A stretch of DNA of 50,686 bases from Candidatus Aenigmatarchaeota archaeon (GTDB taxonomy: Archaea > Aenigmatarchaeota > Aenigmatarchaeia > QMZP01), in assembly GCA_030615165.1 (NCBI GenBank), contig JAUWZW010000001.1:1-50686 (forward strand), in the 5' to 3' direction. This document shows, piece by piece, positions 35,903 to 44,277 of this stretch (its first letter is position 1; each line of letters starts with the position of its first letter). The notes under the pieces are model-generated. The model had not been told where the DNA came from and did not search any database. It saw only the letters and a program-made list of their open reading frames with translations. A program made the position numbers and the translations under genes.

Positions 35903-36562
35903 ATGCTCTTCTTGCTGCCTGCGTTGAATGAGGAAACTGGACTAAAGACTATGGTACCAAAGATAAAGAAGGAATTCCCTAAAGCAAAAATCCTGGTTGT
36001 GGATGGCGGCTCTGTTGACGGGACAGTAGTAGCTGCAAAAAATCTGGGATGTGAGGTTTTTACACAAGCTGGCAAGGGTAAAGGCAACGCTATAATAGAG
36101 GCACTGGAAAGGGTTGATGATGATGAAACGGTTGTGATGATGGATGCAGACGAGACATATGAAATCAAATATGCTAAAAAGATGTTGAAAAAACTAACTG
36201 AAAATAACATAATTATTGGTTCACGTTTCAAGTTGAGACATCCTGGTTCCCTTACCATTTTGAATCTGATTGGTAACAGGTTGCTGTGCTTTGCTGCATC
36301 TGTTTTATTCCTGAAAAGGTTTAGTGACTTGTTGTCTGGTTTCAGGGTTTTCAGATGTGGAACTGTGAAAAATCTCCAGCTGAAAGCCCAGAACTTCGAG
36401 GTAGAAACCGAGATGAGCCTTAAGGCTGCAAAAAGGGATGTGGAGTTAATAGATATCCCTTCTCCTTATCACAAAAGGAAAGGGGAAACAAAATTAAGAC
36501 CTTTCAGGGACGGGTTCCTTATTCTTAAAAGAATCTTAAAGGAGAGGTTAGCAAAAAGCTAG
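35903..36562 (+). CDS. GT2 glycosyltransferase (dolichyl-phosphate sugar synthase-like)
   Basis: PALNEE, VVDGGSVDGT and MDADETY (DxD). Confidence 0.75.
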   Translation: MLFLLPALNEETGLKTMVPKIKKEFPKAKILVVDGGSVDGTVVAAKNLGCEVFTQAGKGKGNAIIEALERVDDDETVVMMDADETYEIKYAKKMLKKLTENNIIIGSRFKLRHPGSLTILNLIGNRLLCFAASVLFLKRFSDLLSGFRVFRCGTVKNLQLKAQNFEVETEMSLKAAKRDVELIDIPSPYHKRKGETKLRPFRDGFLILKRILKERLAKS

Positions 36563-37207
36563 GCTGTTATTTAATGAACAGAAAATACCAGTCAGGGTCT
36601 CCTTTATTTGGAATCCAACATAGTTGACATCATTTATAATCAATGTTGGAGCTTCTATAATATCAAAGTTCTGTACCAGCATCTGGACTACGGGTTCATC
36701 CAAGTCCTTATCTATTGTGAAAATATGAATGTTTTCAGCATTATCCAAATTTACAAGGTAGTCAAGCACATATCCCTGTGAAAGACAAACATCAGAATCC
36801 TTTTCGTAAAAATACATGACATCTATCCTGCTCACATTGCACCGCTCCACCAGCTCCTTTGAAAAAAGCCAGCCCTGAATCAGGAATGCTGTGTATCTTC
36901 TTTTTATCATATCAAAGTATTTTTCGGTTAAGCCCTTTGGATTTACGAGTTTGTTGCCAAGCTCTGCAGTGCTCTTGTCCAGAACCTCCAGCCTGTCTGT
37001 CATATAAGAGCAGAATGTCTCATTCTTCAGTGTGTTAAGGAATGCTATCTCGAGCTGTATATTTCTCAGCTCCAGTTCGCCCCTCTCCATATCCATTCTG
37101 AGCTCTTCCAGCTGTACATTAAGAAGGGAGAAACCCATCAGAAATCCCATTAAGAATATCAGGAGTGAAACGACACCGGCAATAATATATGGTCTCTTTC
37201 TTACCAT
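36548..37207 (-). CDS. Membrane-anchored protein with a thioredoxin-like C-terminal pattern lacking CxxC
   Basis: N-terminal TM helix and a coiled segment. VMYFYEKDSDVCLSQG...APTLIIND resembles a thioredoxin-fold layout with a single Cys. Confidence 0.35.
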   Translation of the reverse strand: MVRKRPYIIAGVVSLLIFLMGFLMGFSLLNVQLEELRMDMERGELELRNIQLEIAFLNTLKNETFCSYMTDRLEVLDKSTAELGNKLVNPKGLTEKYFDMIKRRYTAFLIQGWLFSKELVERCNVSRIDVMYFYEKDSDVCLSQGYVLDYLVNLDNAENIHIFTIDKDLDEPVVQMLVQNFDIIEAPTLIINDVNYVGFQIKETLTGIFCSLNNSLAFC

Positions 37208-38436
37208 TTGAATTCGCTTCTCCTAATCTCATAATAAAAGGTAGAGAGCCAGAATGCTATGTTTATTATAGGGTAGAGGGGTATGTAAATCAGATAGTCA
37301 AGTTTTTTTATCCTTTCGCTTGCATGCCCCATGCTGAGTTTTATAAATACTATGAGGCCTGACAGTGTAACGAGCAGAATGCTGAGATTGAACGGATTGG
37401 ACGAGAACCTGAATATCCTTGCCAGGGCATATTGAAAATCAAATCCTATCAGATAAAGGTTAAAGAATTCATGGAAAAGTCCAATACCTATTACATAGAA
37501 CCCATACAAGAACACCGGGATTGTCAAAAACAAGATTATGTAGTGCATGGGCAGAACGAACACCCCCAAATCTTCAAACTTGGAATTGAAAAACATGTGT
37601 GCATATTTTCTTGAGTTGTGCAGAAGTCCCCTGTACCACCTTATTCTCTGCCTCCAAAGCTTCCTGAATGATGATGGTGTGCTTGTTTTCACCATGGCTT
37701 TCATGCATGTTTCTATCCTGTAGTTGTTGTCCCTCAAGCGCAGACCCATCTCCAAATCCTCTGCGAGGTTTTTCTCGTCCCATCCACCAAGCTTCTTTAT
37801 AACAGAGGTTCTGTAGAGCGCAAATGCGGGCGTCATATAGAGGGAGTTCAGGAATGTCAGAAGCTTTCTCAGTAAGGCGGAGATTACATACTCTATCTTT
37901 TGAATCTTCTGTGAGAATGTCACGCTGATCTTTGGCTGTATGTTGGCTATCACACCCCCGGTTTTTGGGTCGCTCAGGTAACCGACCATGTTGCGAAGGG
38001 AATTCTTTTCCAGAACCGAGTCCGAATCAAGAAAGCCGATCAGGTCTGTGTTCACATGCCTTAATCCGGTATTAAGGGCAAATGCCTTCTTCCTGTTTTT
38101 CCTGTGCCTTAGGAGTCTAACATTCGGGTATTTTTTTGCATACTCCCTTGCCACATCAGCTGTCCTGTCTGTGGATGCATCATCTATCACTATGATTTCC
38201 AGTTTTTCCTTTGGGTAGTTCTGTCCAAGGATGGAATCAATGGTTTTGGCTATTCTCTTCTCTTCATTGTATGCAGGTATCAACAAAGATATGCTGGGCA
38301 GTATCCTTGGCGGCTTTGGTATCTTCATGACCTTCCCCTTGTTTTCAAAAAATATAACAAACCAGAACACTGACATAAACACCGTGAAATATATCAGTGC
38401 GTAGTAAAGGATATCAAAAACAACTATTCCTGCCAT
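37201..38436 (-). CDS. Processive GT2 beta-glycan synthase-like glycosyltransferase
   Basis: DDASTDRT, DSDS, and QRIRWYRG (the Q(R/Q)xRW motif), flanked by TM helices. Confidence 0.75.
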   Translation of the reverse strand: MAGIVVFDILYYALIYFTVFMSVFWFVIFFENKGKVMKIPKPPRILPSISLLIPAYNEEKRIAKTIDSILGQNYPKEKLEIIVIDDASTDRTADVAREYAKKYPNVRLLRHRKNRKKAFALNTGLRHVNTDLIGFLDSDSVLEKNSLRNMVGYLSDPKTGGVIANIQPKISVTFSQKIQKIEYVISALLRKLLTFLNSLYMTPAFALYRTSVIKKLGGWDEKNLAEDLEMGLRLRDNNYRIETCMKAMVKTSTPSSFRKLWRQRIRWYRGLLHNSRKYAHMFFNSKFEDLGVFVLPMHYIILFLTIPVFLYGFYVIGIGLFHEFFNLYLIGFDFQYALARIFRFSSNPFNLSILLVTLSGLIVFIKLSMGHASERIKKLDYLIYIPLYPIINIAFWLSTFYYEIRRSEFKW

Positions 38437-38502
38437 AGTATATAATTAGCCTGATGTTTTAATATTTATTTAATCAATTCAATCTTATTAAACAGGTGAG
38501 AT

Positions 38503-39963
38503 ATGACCAAATTTTATATAACAACAGCAATAGACTACGTGAATGCAAGCCCGCATCTGGGGCATGCATACGAGAAGATAGTGACGGATGTCATTGCCAG
38601 ATGGCAGAGGCTTTTGGGTAAAGATGTTTTCTTCTTAACAGGAACCGATGAGAATGCCCAGAAAAATGAGCAGGCTGCCAGGGAAGCCGGAATACCTGTA
38701 AAGAAGTTTGTTGCTCAGAACAGCACAAAATTCGAAGAACTCTGCAGAAAGCTCAATCTTAGTCATAATGATTTTATAAGGACAACCCAGGAAAGGCATG
38801 TCAAAGTCAGCCGGGAAATATTCAAGAAGCTCCTGGATAAAGGCTATATATACAAAGGCACCTATGAGGGTTATTATTGTGTGGGTTGCGAGGCGTTCAT
38901 AACAGAGAAATATCTTGTTGACGGCAAATGCCCAGAACATGAAAAGAAGCCTGAATGGCTTAAAGAGGAGAGCTATTTTTTCAGGATGAGCAAATATACG
39001 GATTTCATTCGAGGCCTGCTTGAAAAAAAGGATTTTGTTTTGCCTGATTACAGAAGGATAGAGATATTGAACAGGATCAAATCAGAGGGTCTGAAGGACC
39101 TGTCCGTGAGCAGGACAAAGTTAAAATGGGGCATACCAACACCAAATGACCCGAACCATACAATTTATGTGTGGATTGATGCTCTTACAAACTATATTTC
39201 AGCACTGGGATATCCGGATGGAGCAAGATTCAAGAAATACTGGCCGGCGGACATCCATATGATTGGAAAGGGGATAAACTGGTTCCATTCTGTTATCTGG
39301 CCCTGCATACTCAAGGCAGCAGGTATTGAGATGCCAAAAACCATTCTGGTTCATGGATATATCAACCTCGGGGGAGAAAAAATGAGCAAAAGCGGGGGGA
39401 CTGTTATTGACCCCTTTGAGATTATAGATAAGTATGGTGCTGACACTCTCAGATATTTTCTGATTAAGGATATTCCCTTCGGTGAAGACGGTGACTTCTC
39501 AGAGAAGGCATTGGTTGAGAGAATCAATGGAGAGCTTGTCTCAGACCTCGGCAATCTTGTTTCAAGGGTATTGACCCTTACAGAAAGATACAAAGGCGGG
39601 ATTAAAGGTAAACCAGAGCTTGACAAAAAATTAAATCTTGAGAAAATTGAAAAATATATCGAGGGATACAAGTTACATCATGCGATTGATGAAATTTTTG
39701 AATTCATCAGGGCTGCGAACAAATATATAAACCAGCATGAACCGTGGAAGCTTGAAGGCAAGGAACTGGGCAATGTCTTGTATAATCTGCTTGAATCCCT
39801 GAGGGTCATAGCTATCTTTGTATCTCCCTTCATGCCTGAGACCGCTGAAGAAATAAACAGGCAAATCGGGGCAAAGCCCGGTTTTCTTAAGGACTGCAAA
39901 TTTAAATCCTGGAAGGGAAAGATAAAGAAAGGCAGGCATTTATTTGAAAAGGTAAAGGATTGA
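38503..39963 (+). CDS. metG: Methionyl-tRNA synthetase (short form)
   Basis: SPHLGHAYE (HIGH), KMSKSGG, and the zinc knuckle CVGCE...CPEHE. Confidence 0.9.
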   Translation: MTKFYITTAIDYVNASPHLGHAYEKIVTDVIARWQRLLGKDVFFLTGTDENAQKNEQAAREAGIPVKKFVAQNSTKFEELCRKLNLSHNDFIRTTQERHVKVSREIFKKLLDKGYIYKGTYEGYYCVGCEAFITEKYLVDGKCPEHEKKPEWLKEESYFFRMSKYTDFIRGLLEKKDFVLPDYRRIEILNRIKSEGLKDLSVSRTKLKWGIPTPNDPNHTIYVWIDALTNYISALGYPDGARFKKYWPADIHMIGKGINWFHSVIWPCILKAAGIEMPKTILVHGYINLGGEKMSKSGGTVIDPFEIIDKYGADTLRYFLIKDIPFGEDGDFSEKALVERINGELVSDLGNLVSRVLTLTERYKGGIKGKPELDKKLNLEKIEKYIEGYKLHHAIDEIFEFIRAANKYINQHEPWKLEGKELGNVLYNLLESLRVIAIFVSPFMPETAEEINRQIGAKPGFLKDCKFKSWKGKIKKGRHLFEKVKD

Positions 39964-40007
39964 CGCAGCTTGTCTGCGTCCCCGTAACCAATTGCAAGGC
40001 GAGGTAT

Positions 40008-40349
40008 ATGGCAAAGTTTGAAGAACATGCAAAGGAATTGAACATAAAGGCTGTTACAGGTACAGCCATTATCAGCTCATTCGGTTTTATAATAGCGCTA
40101 TTCTGGAGGGATGCAATAAAGGAGCTTATTGTAAAGGTCGTTCCAGCGGGTGAAGGCATGGCCTATTCCTTTGTTGCAGCAATAATCGTGACAATTATTG
40201 CAGTGATTGCAATCTACGTTGTTTCCAGATGGATGAATATCAGCATAAAGGAGCATGCAAAGAAATTAAAGAAGGTAAAAGACGGGATAGGAAGGGTAGA
40301 CAATAAAATTATTGGAAGGGACATCAGCCTGAGGAGAAAGAAAAAATAA
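40008..40349 (+). CDS. Small two-TM membrane protein, hypothetical
   Basis: The ATG at 40008 is preceded by GAGGT. Two hydrophobic helices and a Lys-rich tail. Confidence 0.5.
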   Translation: MAKFEEHAKELNIKAVTGTAIISSFGFIIALFWRDAIKELIVKVVPAGEGMAYSFVAAIIVTIIAVIAIYVVSRWMNISIKEHAKKLKKVKDGIGRVDNKIIGRDISLRRKKK

Positions 40350-40426
40350 ATTCAAAACCTATAACAAAAAACTAATTTTCCAAAATATATTCTGCAGCAC
40401 CGAAATCCTTTATTAGGGGTTCTGAC

Positions 40427-40436
40427 AAATTATATA
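40427..40436 (+). promoter_or_regulatory. Candidate TATA box for the nrd operon
   Basis: aaattatata, about 10 nt upstream of NrdR-like box 1. Confidence 0.3.
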
Positions 40437-40446
40437 CTGCACTCAA

Positions 40447-40494
40447 CCACAACATATTGTGGTAGTGGTATGTAGCTATAACAAGATATAGTAT
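40447..40494 (+). promoter_or_regulatory. Two tandem NrdR-box-like 16-bp palindromes, 32 bp start-to-start
   Basis: Box 1 is CCACAACATATTGTGG (40447-40462), with 7 of 8 palindromic pairs. Box 2 is TAACAAGATATAGTAT (40479-40494). Against the recalled bacterial consensus acaCwAtATaTwGtgt they match 13/16 and 12/16 positions. Confidence 0.55.
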
Positions 40495-40533
40495 TCATCC
40501 CCAAGTGGTAAATTGAGCACTTGCATGTTCGTA

Positions 40534-40610
40534 TATTGAGGTTAAACAAAGTAACAGTTCGAACTGTTAATCAATTAACAGATGAATTTATGATTGTTTA
40601 AGCCTCAATA
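40534..40610 (+). promoter_or_regulatory. Structured nrdD leader: a long-range inverted repeat enclosing a perfect 18-bp palindrome
   Basis: tattgaggttaaac (40534-40547) pairs with gtttaagcctcaata (40596-40610). Inside is the palindrome taacagttcgaactgtta (40552-40569). Confidence 0.35.
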
Positions 40611-40645
40611 AGGTGCTCTCCGTTACAGATTGTGAGGCGAGGTAT

Positions 40646-42940
40646 ATGAGATGTCCATTCTGTAAGCATCCTGAAACAAGGGTCATAGACAAAAGGGTTT
40701 CTGATGACAAAGCCAACAGGAGGAGAAGGGAGTGTTTAAAGTGCAGAAAGAGGTTCACAACCTATGAAAGGATTACAGGCCTTATAACAAAAGTTAGGAA
40801 GAGGAACGGAAGGTTTGTTGATTTTGACCAGGAAAAGATAACTAATGTGATATGGAAGGCAGCGCAGTCTGTTGGCGGAACTGATAAGGAACTGGCAAAG
40901 GTTTTATCTGACAAGGTTGTTTCTGTTCTTGAGGACAAGTTTGGCGGTGTGACCATTCCTACTGTGGAGCAGATACAGGACATTGTGGAAAAGGTGCTTG
41001 TTGAGAATGGCCACTACAAGACTGCAAAGGCATACATACTTTACAGGAAACAGCATGAGAAGATAAGGGAAACGAAGACCCTGATGGTTGATGTAACCAA
41101 CACTATAGGGGAATACCTGAGCCAGACAGACTGGAGGGTAAAGGAAAACGCAAACGAGGCTTTTTCATTCTCCGGGCTCCTGCTGCACACTGCAGGGAAG
41201 GTCATGTCCAATTATAATTTGAATGAACTCTATTCTGCAGAGATAACCAACGCGCACAAGCAGGGATACATCCACATACATGATTTGTCTCATGGTGTTA
41301 TTGGCTACTGCTGCGGTCATTCCTTGAAGAATCTCCTACTCTGGGGCTTTGGTGGGGTCCCGAACAAGGTTGACTGCAAGCCTGCAAAACATTTATCCAC
41401 TGTTGTCCATCAGATGGTCAACTACATAGGCTGCTTACAGATGGAGTTCGCCGGAGCGCAGGCCTTCAGCTCCGTGGACACCCTGCTTGCACCCTTTGTG
41501 AGGGCAGACAAGCTCTCCTACAGGGAGGTCAAGCAGAACATGCAGCAGCTTGTTTTCTCATTAAATATTCCTTCAAGGTGGGGAGCGCAGTTTCCATTTT
41601 CCAATCTCACCTTTGATTGGGTCTGTCCAGATGACATGAAAAAGGAGATGGCTGTGGTAGGTGGTAAGCCGCAGAACTTCACTTATAGGGACTGCCAAAA
41701 GGAGATGGATATGGTAAACAGAGCATTTATTGAGGTCATGCTGGAGGGTGATGCCAATGGAGGTGTATTTACATTTCCAATCCCGACCTACAACTTAACA
41801 AAGGGATTTGACTGGGACTCCCCTAATGCAAAGCTCCTCTTTGAAATGACCGCAAAATACGGTCTTCCTTACTTCCAGAATTATATAGGTTCTAACCTTG
41901 ACCCGAAATCCGTACATGCCATGTGCTGCAGGCTTAACCTGAATATGAAAGAATTGATGCAGAGACCCGGTGGGATGTGGGGCCCTGGGGATTCAACAGG
42001 CAGTGTAGGTGTCATGACCATAAATGTCAACAGGCTGACATACGAGGCAAGGAAGGAATCAGAATCTGATGAGGAGACAAGGACACTCTACTTCAACAAG
42101 CTCGGATATTACATGACATTGTGCAAGAACGCCCTTGAGATAAAGAGGGAGGTTGTGGAGAAGAACATGAAAAACGGCCTTATGCCCTTCACCAGGAGGT
42201 ATCTGGGAACATTCAGAAACCACTTCTCAACAATCGGGCTCTGCGGAATGAACGAGGCCTGCCTGAATCTACTTGGAAAGGACATATCAAGCCCAGAAGG
42301 GAAGAAATTTGCAATAGACACCCTGAATTCCATGAGGGACAAGTGTTTAGAGTTCCAGAAGGAAACAGGGAATTTATACAATCTTGAGGCAACGCCTGCT
42401 GAATCGACCGCCTATAGATTCGCCAGGGAGGACAAGAAGATGTATCCTGACATAATAACATCAGGTAAGAAGGAGCCTTACTTAACCAACTCAACCCAGC
42501 TCCCTGTTGGCAGGACAGATGATGTAATCGAGGCAGTAGAGCACCAGAATGATATACAATATTTATATACAGGTGGAACAATCTTCCATACATTCCTAGG
42601 TGAAAGGATGTCATCAGGCGAGGCATGCAAGCAGCTGGTCAGGAAGATTGCATTCAACACAAGGCTCCCATACTTCTCAATAACCCCTACATTCTCCAGA
42701 TGCCCTGAACATGGCTACATAAAGGGTGAACACTTCAAATGCCCGCAGCCCAATGGTGGGGGTAAGGGTAAGAGCAAGAATGGTGTTTGCGGCAAGCGCT
42801 GTGAGGTCTATTCCAGGGTTGTTGGATATTTCAGACCCGTGCAGACATGGAATGAAGGTAAGCAGGAAGAGTTCAGGGACAGGCTAGAGTTCAGCGAAAG
42901 GAAGGCTCTCAAGAAGCCATTACCAAACATGGCTGCATGA
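40646..42940 (+). CDS. nrdD: Anaerobic (class III) ribonucleoside-triphosphate reductase with an N-terminal NrdR-type zinc ribbon and ATP-cone
   Basis: N terminus MRCPFCKHPETRVIDKRVSDDKANRRRRECLKCRKRFTTYERI (NrdR zinc-ribbon pattern). An ATP-cone follows (VRKRNGRFVDFDQEKITNVIWKA...). The C terminus has a Cys cluster and the glycyl-radical motif RVVGYFRP. GAGGT lies 5 nt upstream of the ATG. Confidence 0.85.
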   Translation: MRCPFCKHPETRVIDKRVSDDKANRRRRECLKCRKRFTTYERITGLITKVRKRNGRFVDFDQEKITNVIWKAAQSVGGTDKELAKVLSDKVVSVLEDKFGGVTIPTVEQIQDIVEKVLVENGHYKTAKAYILYRKQHEKIRETKTLMVDVTNTIGEYLSQTDWRVKENANEAFSFSGLLLHTAGKVMSNYNLNELYSAEITNAHKQGYIHIHDLSHGVIGYCCGHSLKNLLLWGFGGVPNKVDCKPAKHLSTVVHQMVNYIGCLQMEFAGAQAFSSVDTLLAPFVRADKLSYREVKQNMQQLVFSLNIPSRWGAQFPFSNLTFDWVCPDDMKKEMAVVGGKPQNFTYRDCQKEMDMVNRAFIEVMLEGDANGGVFTFPIPTYNLTKGFDWDSPNAKLLFEMTAKYGLPYFQNYIGSNLDPKSVHAMCCRLNLNMKELMQRPGGMWGPGDSTGSVGVMTINVNRLTYEARKESESDEETRTLYFNKLGYYMTLCKNALEIKREVVEKNMKNGLMPFTRRYLGTFRNHFSTIGLCGMNEACLNLLGKDISSPEGKKFAIDTLNSMRDKCLEFQKETGNLYNLEATPAESTAYRFAREDKKMYPDIITSGKKEPYLTNSTQLPVGRTDDVIEAVEHQNDIQYLYTGGTIFHTFLGERMSSGEACKQLVRKIAFNTRLPYFSITPTFSRCPEHGYIKGEHFKCPQPNGGGKGKSKNGVCGKRCEVYSRVVGYFRPVQTWNEGKQEEFRDRLEFSERKALKKPLPNMAA

Positions 42941-42971
42941 TTTTTTATTTCTTTAATGTAATTGGTTGGTT

Positions 42972-44276
42972 ATGGACAAATACATATCTGACTCTGAAAC
43001 CGGAATGCAAGAATTCCATGTTGATGAATCCACATTCGGGGAAGTGGAGATGACTGCCATCCTCTCCATGATAAAGGAAACTATAAAGGCCCCGATATTC
43101 AATGTAGGCATTGGTGGGAGCATCTATTCAACACCCGTGGTTTACAAAGGCACAGTTTATTTCGGCGCATGTGATAAGAATTTATATGCTGTTGATGCAG
43201 AAACAGGCAAAGAGGTCTGGAGGTTCAGCACGGATGGTGTTATAGTAGGCTCGCCCACAGTGTGCAATGGTGTGGTGTATTTCGGCTCTTATGACAACTG
43301 TCTTTACGCGCTCTCTGTAAAGACTGGAAAGCTTTTGTGGAAGTTTGATACAGATGATATGATATTTTCAACTCCCTTCATCCACAAGGATATTGTCTAT
43401 TTCGGCTGCAAGGATGGTAATCTTTATGCAGTATCTGCAAATAATGGAAAATTGCTGTGGAAATTCAGCACAAATGATTCCATTGCAACCTCACCCAAGG
43501 TATACAAGGATGTTGTCTATTTCGGTTCGGATGATATGAATTTCTATGCATTAAGTCTGGATGGCAAAAAGTTGTGGAGCTTTGCAGTGAATGGGTGTAT
43601 AAGCGCAAGCCCGGAGATATTTGATGATATAATTTATTTTGGTTCAATGGACCACAATCTCTATGCGCTTTCCATTGAAGGAAAGCTGCTATGGAAATTC
43701 AAAACCAATGCTGCAATAGCGCTTCGGGAGCCTGCTGTGCATAATGGAGTTGTCTATTCTGGCTCGCGGGAAGGCAACCTGTTTGCGCTGGATGCAAAGA
43801 ACGGAAGGCTTTTGTGGAAATTCCCTTCCAAAGACATCATCATTACAACCCCCATCATATACAAGGACAGGATATTCTTCGGTTCGGATGACAAGAACTT
43901 CTATGCGCTGGATATGGATGGCAAGCTATTATGGAGGTTCACCACAAAGGGCTTCTGTCCTTCATCCCCATCTGCTTACAAAGACGTGGTTTACTTCGGC
44001 TCATTTGACTGCAATATTTATGCTGTCACAATTGATGGTGAGCTGGTATGGAAGTTCCCGACCAGTATGAGCAGCCAGTCGCGCATAGAGATTGAACCCG
44101 AGCACTTGCCTAAGACAGTTCAGGTTGTCTGGAAACCTGAAACAAAAGAGGAAAGGAAAGAGTACAAGAAAGGTGAAACCGATATAGCTGATTACGGCGC
44201 GTTCTCAGGAACATATATTGACACAGCAAAAACAGATTATTTGGGGCATAAAAAGAAGGGATACAAGGCAGGGTGA
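42972..44276 (+). CDS. PQQ-like (BamB-like) beta-propeller repeat protein, paralog 1, no signal peptide
   Basis: About eight repeats of the xVYFGSxDxNLYALxxxGKLLWKF pattern. N terminus MDKYIS. C-terminal tail ...YLGHKKKGYKAG. Confidence 0.8.
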   Translation: MDKYISDSETGMQEFHVDESTFGEVEMTAILSMIKETIKAPIFNVGIGGSIYSTPVVYKGTVYFGACDKNLYAVDAETGKEVWRFSTDGVIVGSPTVCNGVVYFGSYDNCLYALSVKTGKLLWKFDTDDMIFSTPFIHKDIVYFGCKDGNLYAVSANNGKLLWKFSTNDSIATSPKVYKDVVYFGSDDMNFYALSLDGKKLWSFAVNGCISASPEIFDDIIYFGSMDHNLYALSIEGKLLWKFKTNAAIALREPAVHNGVVYSGSREGNLFALDAKNGRLLWKFPSKDIIITTPIIYKDRIFFGSDDKNFYALDMDGKLLWRFTTKGFCPSSPSAYKDVVYFGSFDCNIYAVTIDGELVWKFPTSMSSQSRIEIEPEHLPKTVQVVWKPETKEERKEYKKGETDIADYGAFSGTYIDTAKTDYLGHKKKGYKAG

Positions 44277-44277
44277 T

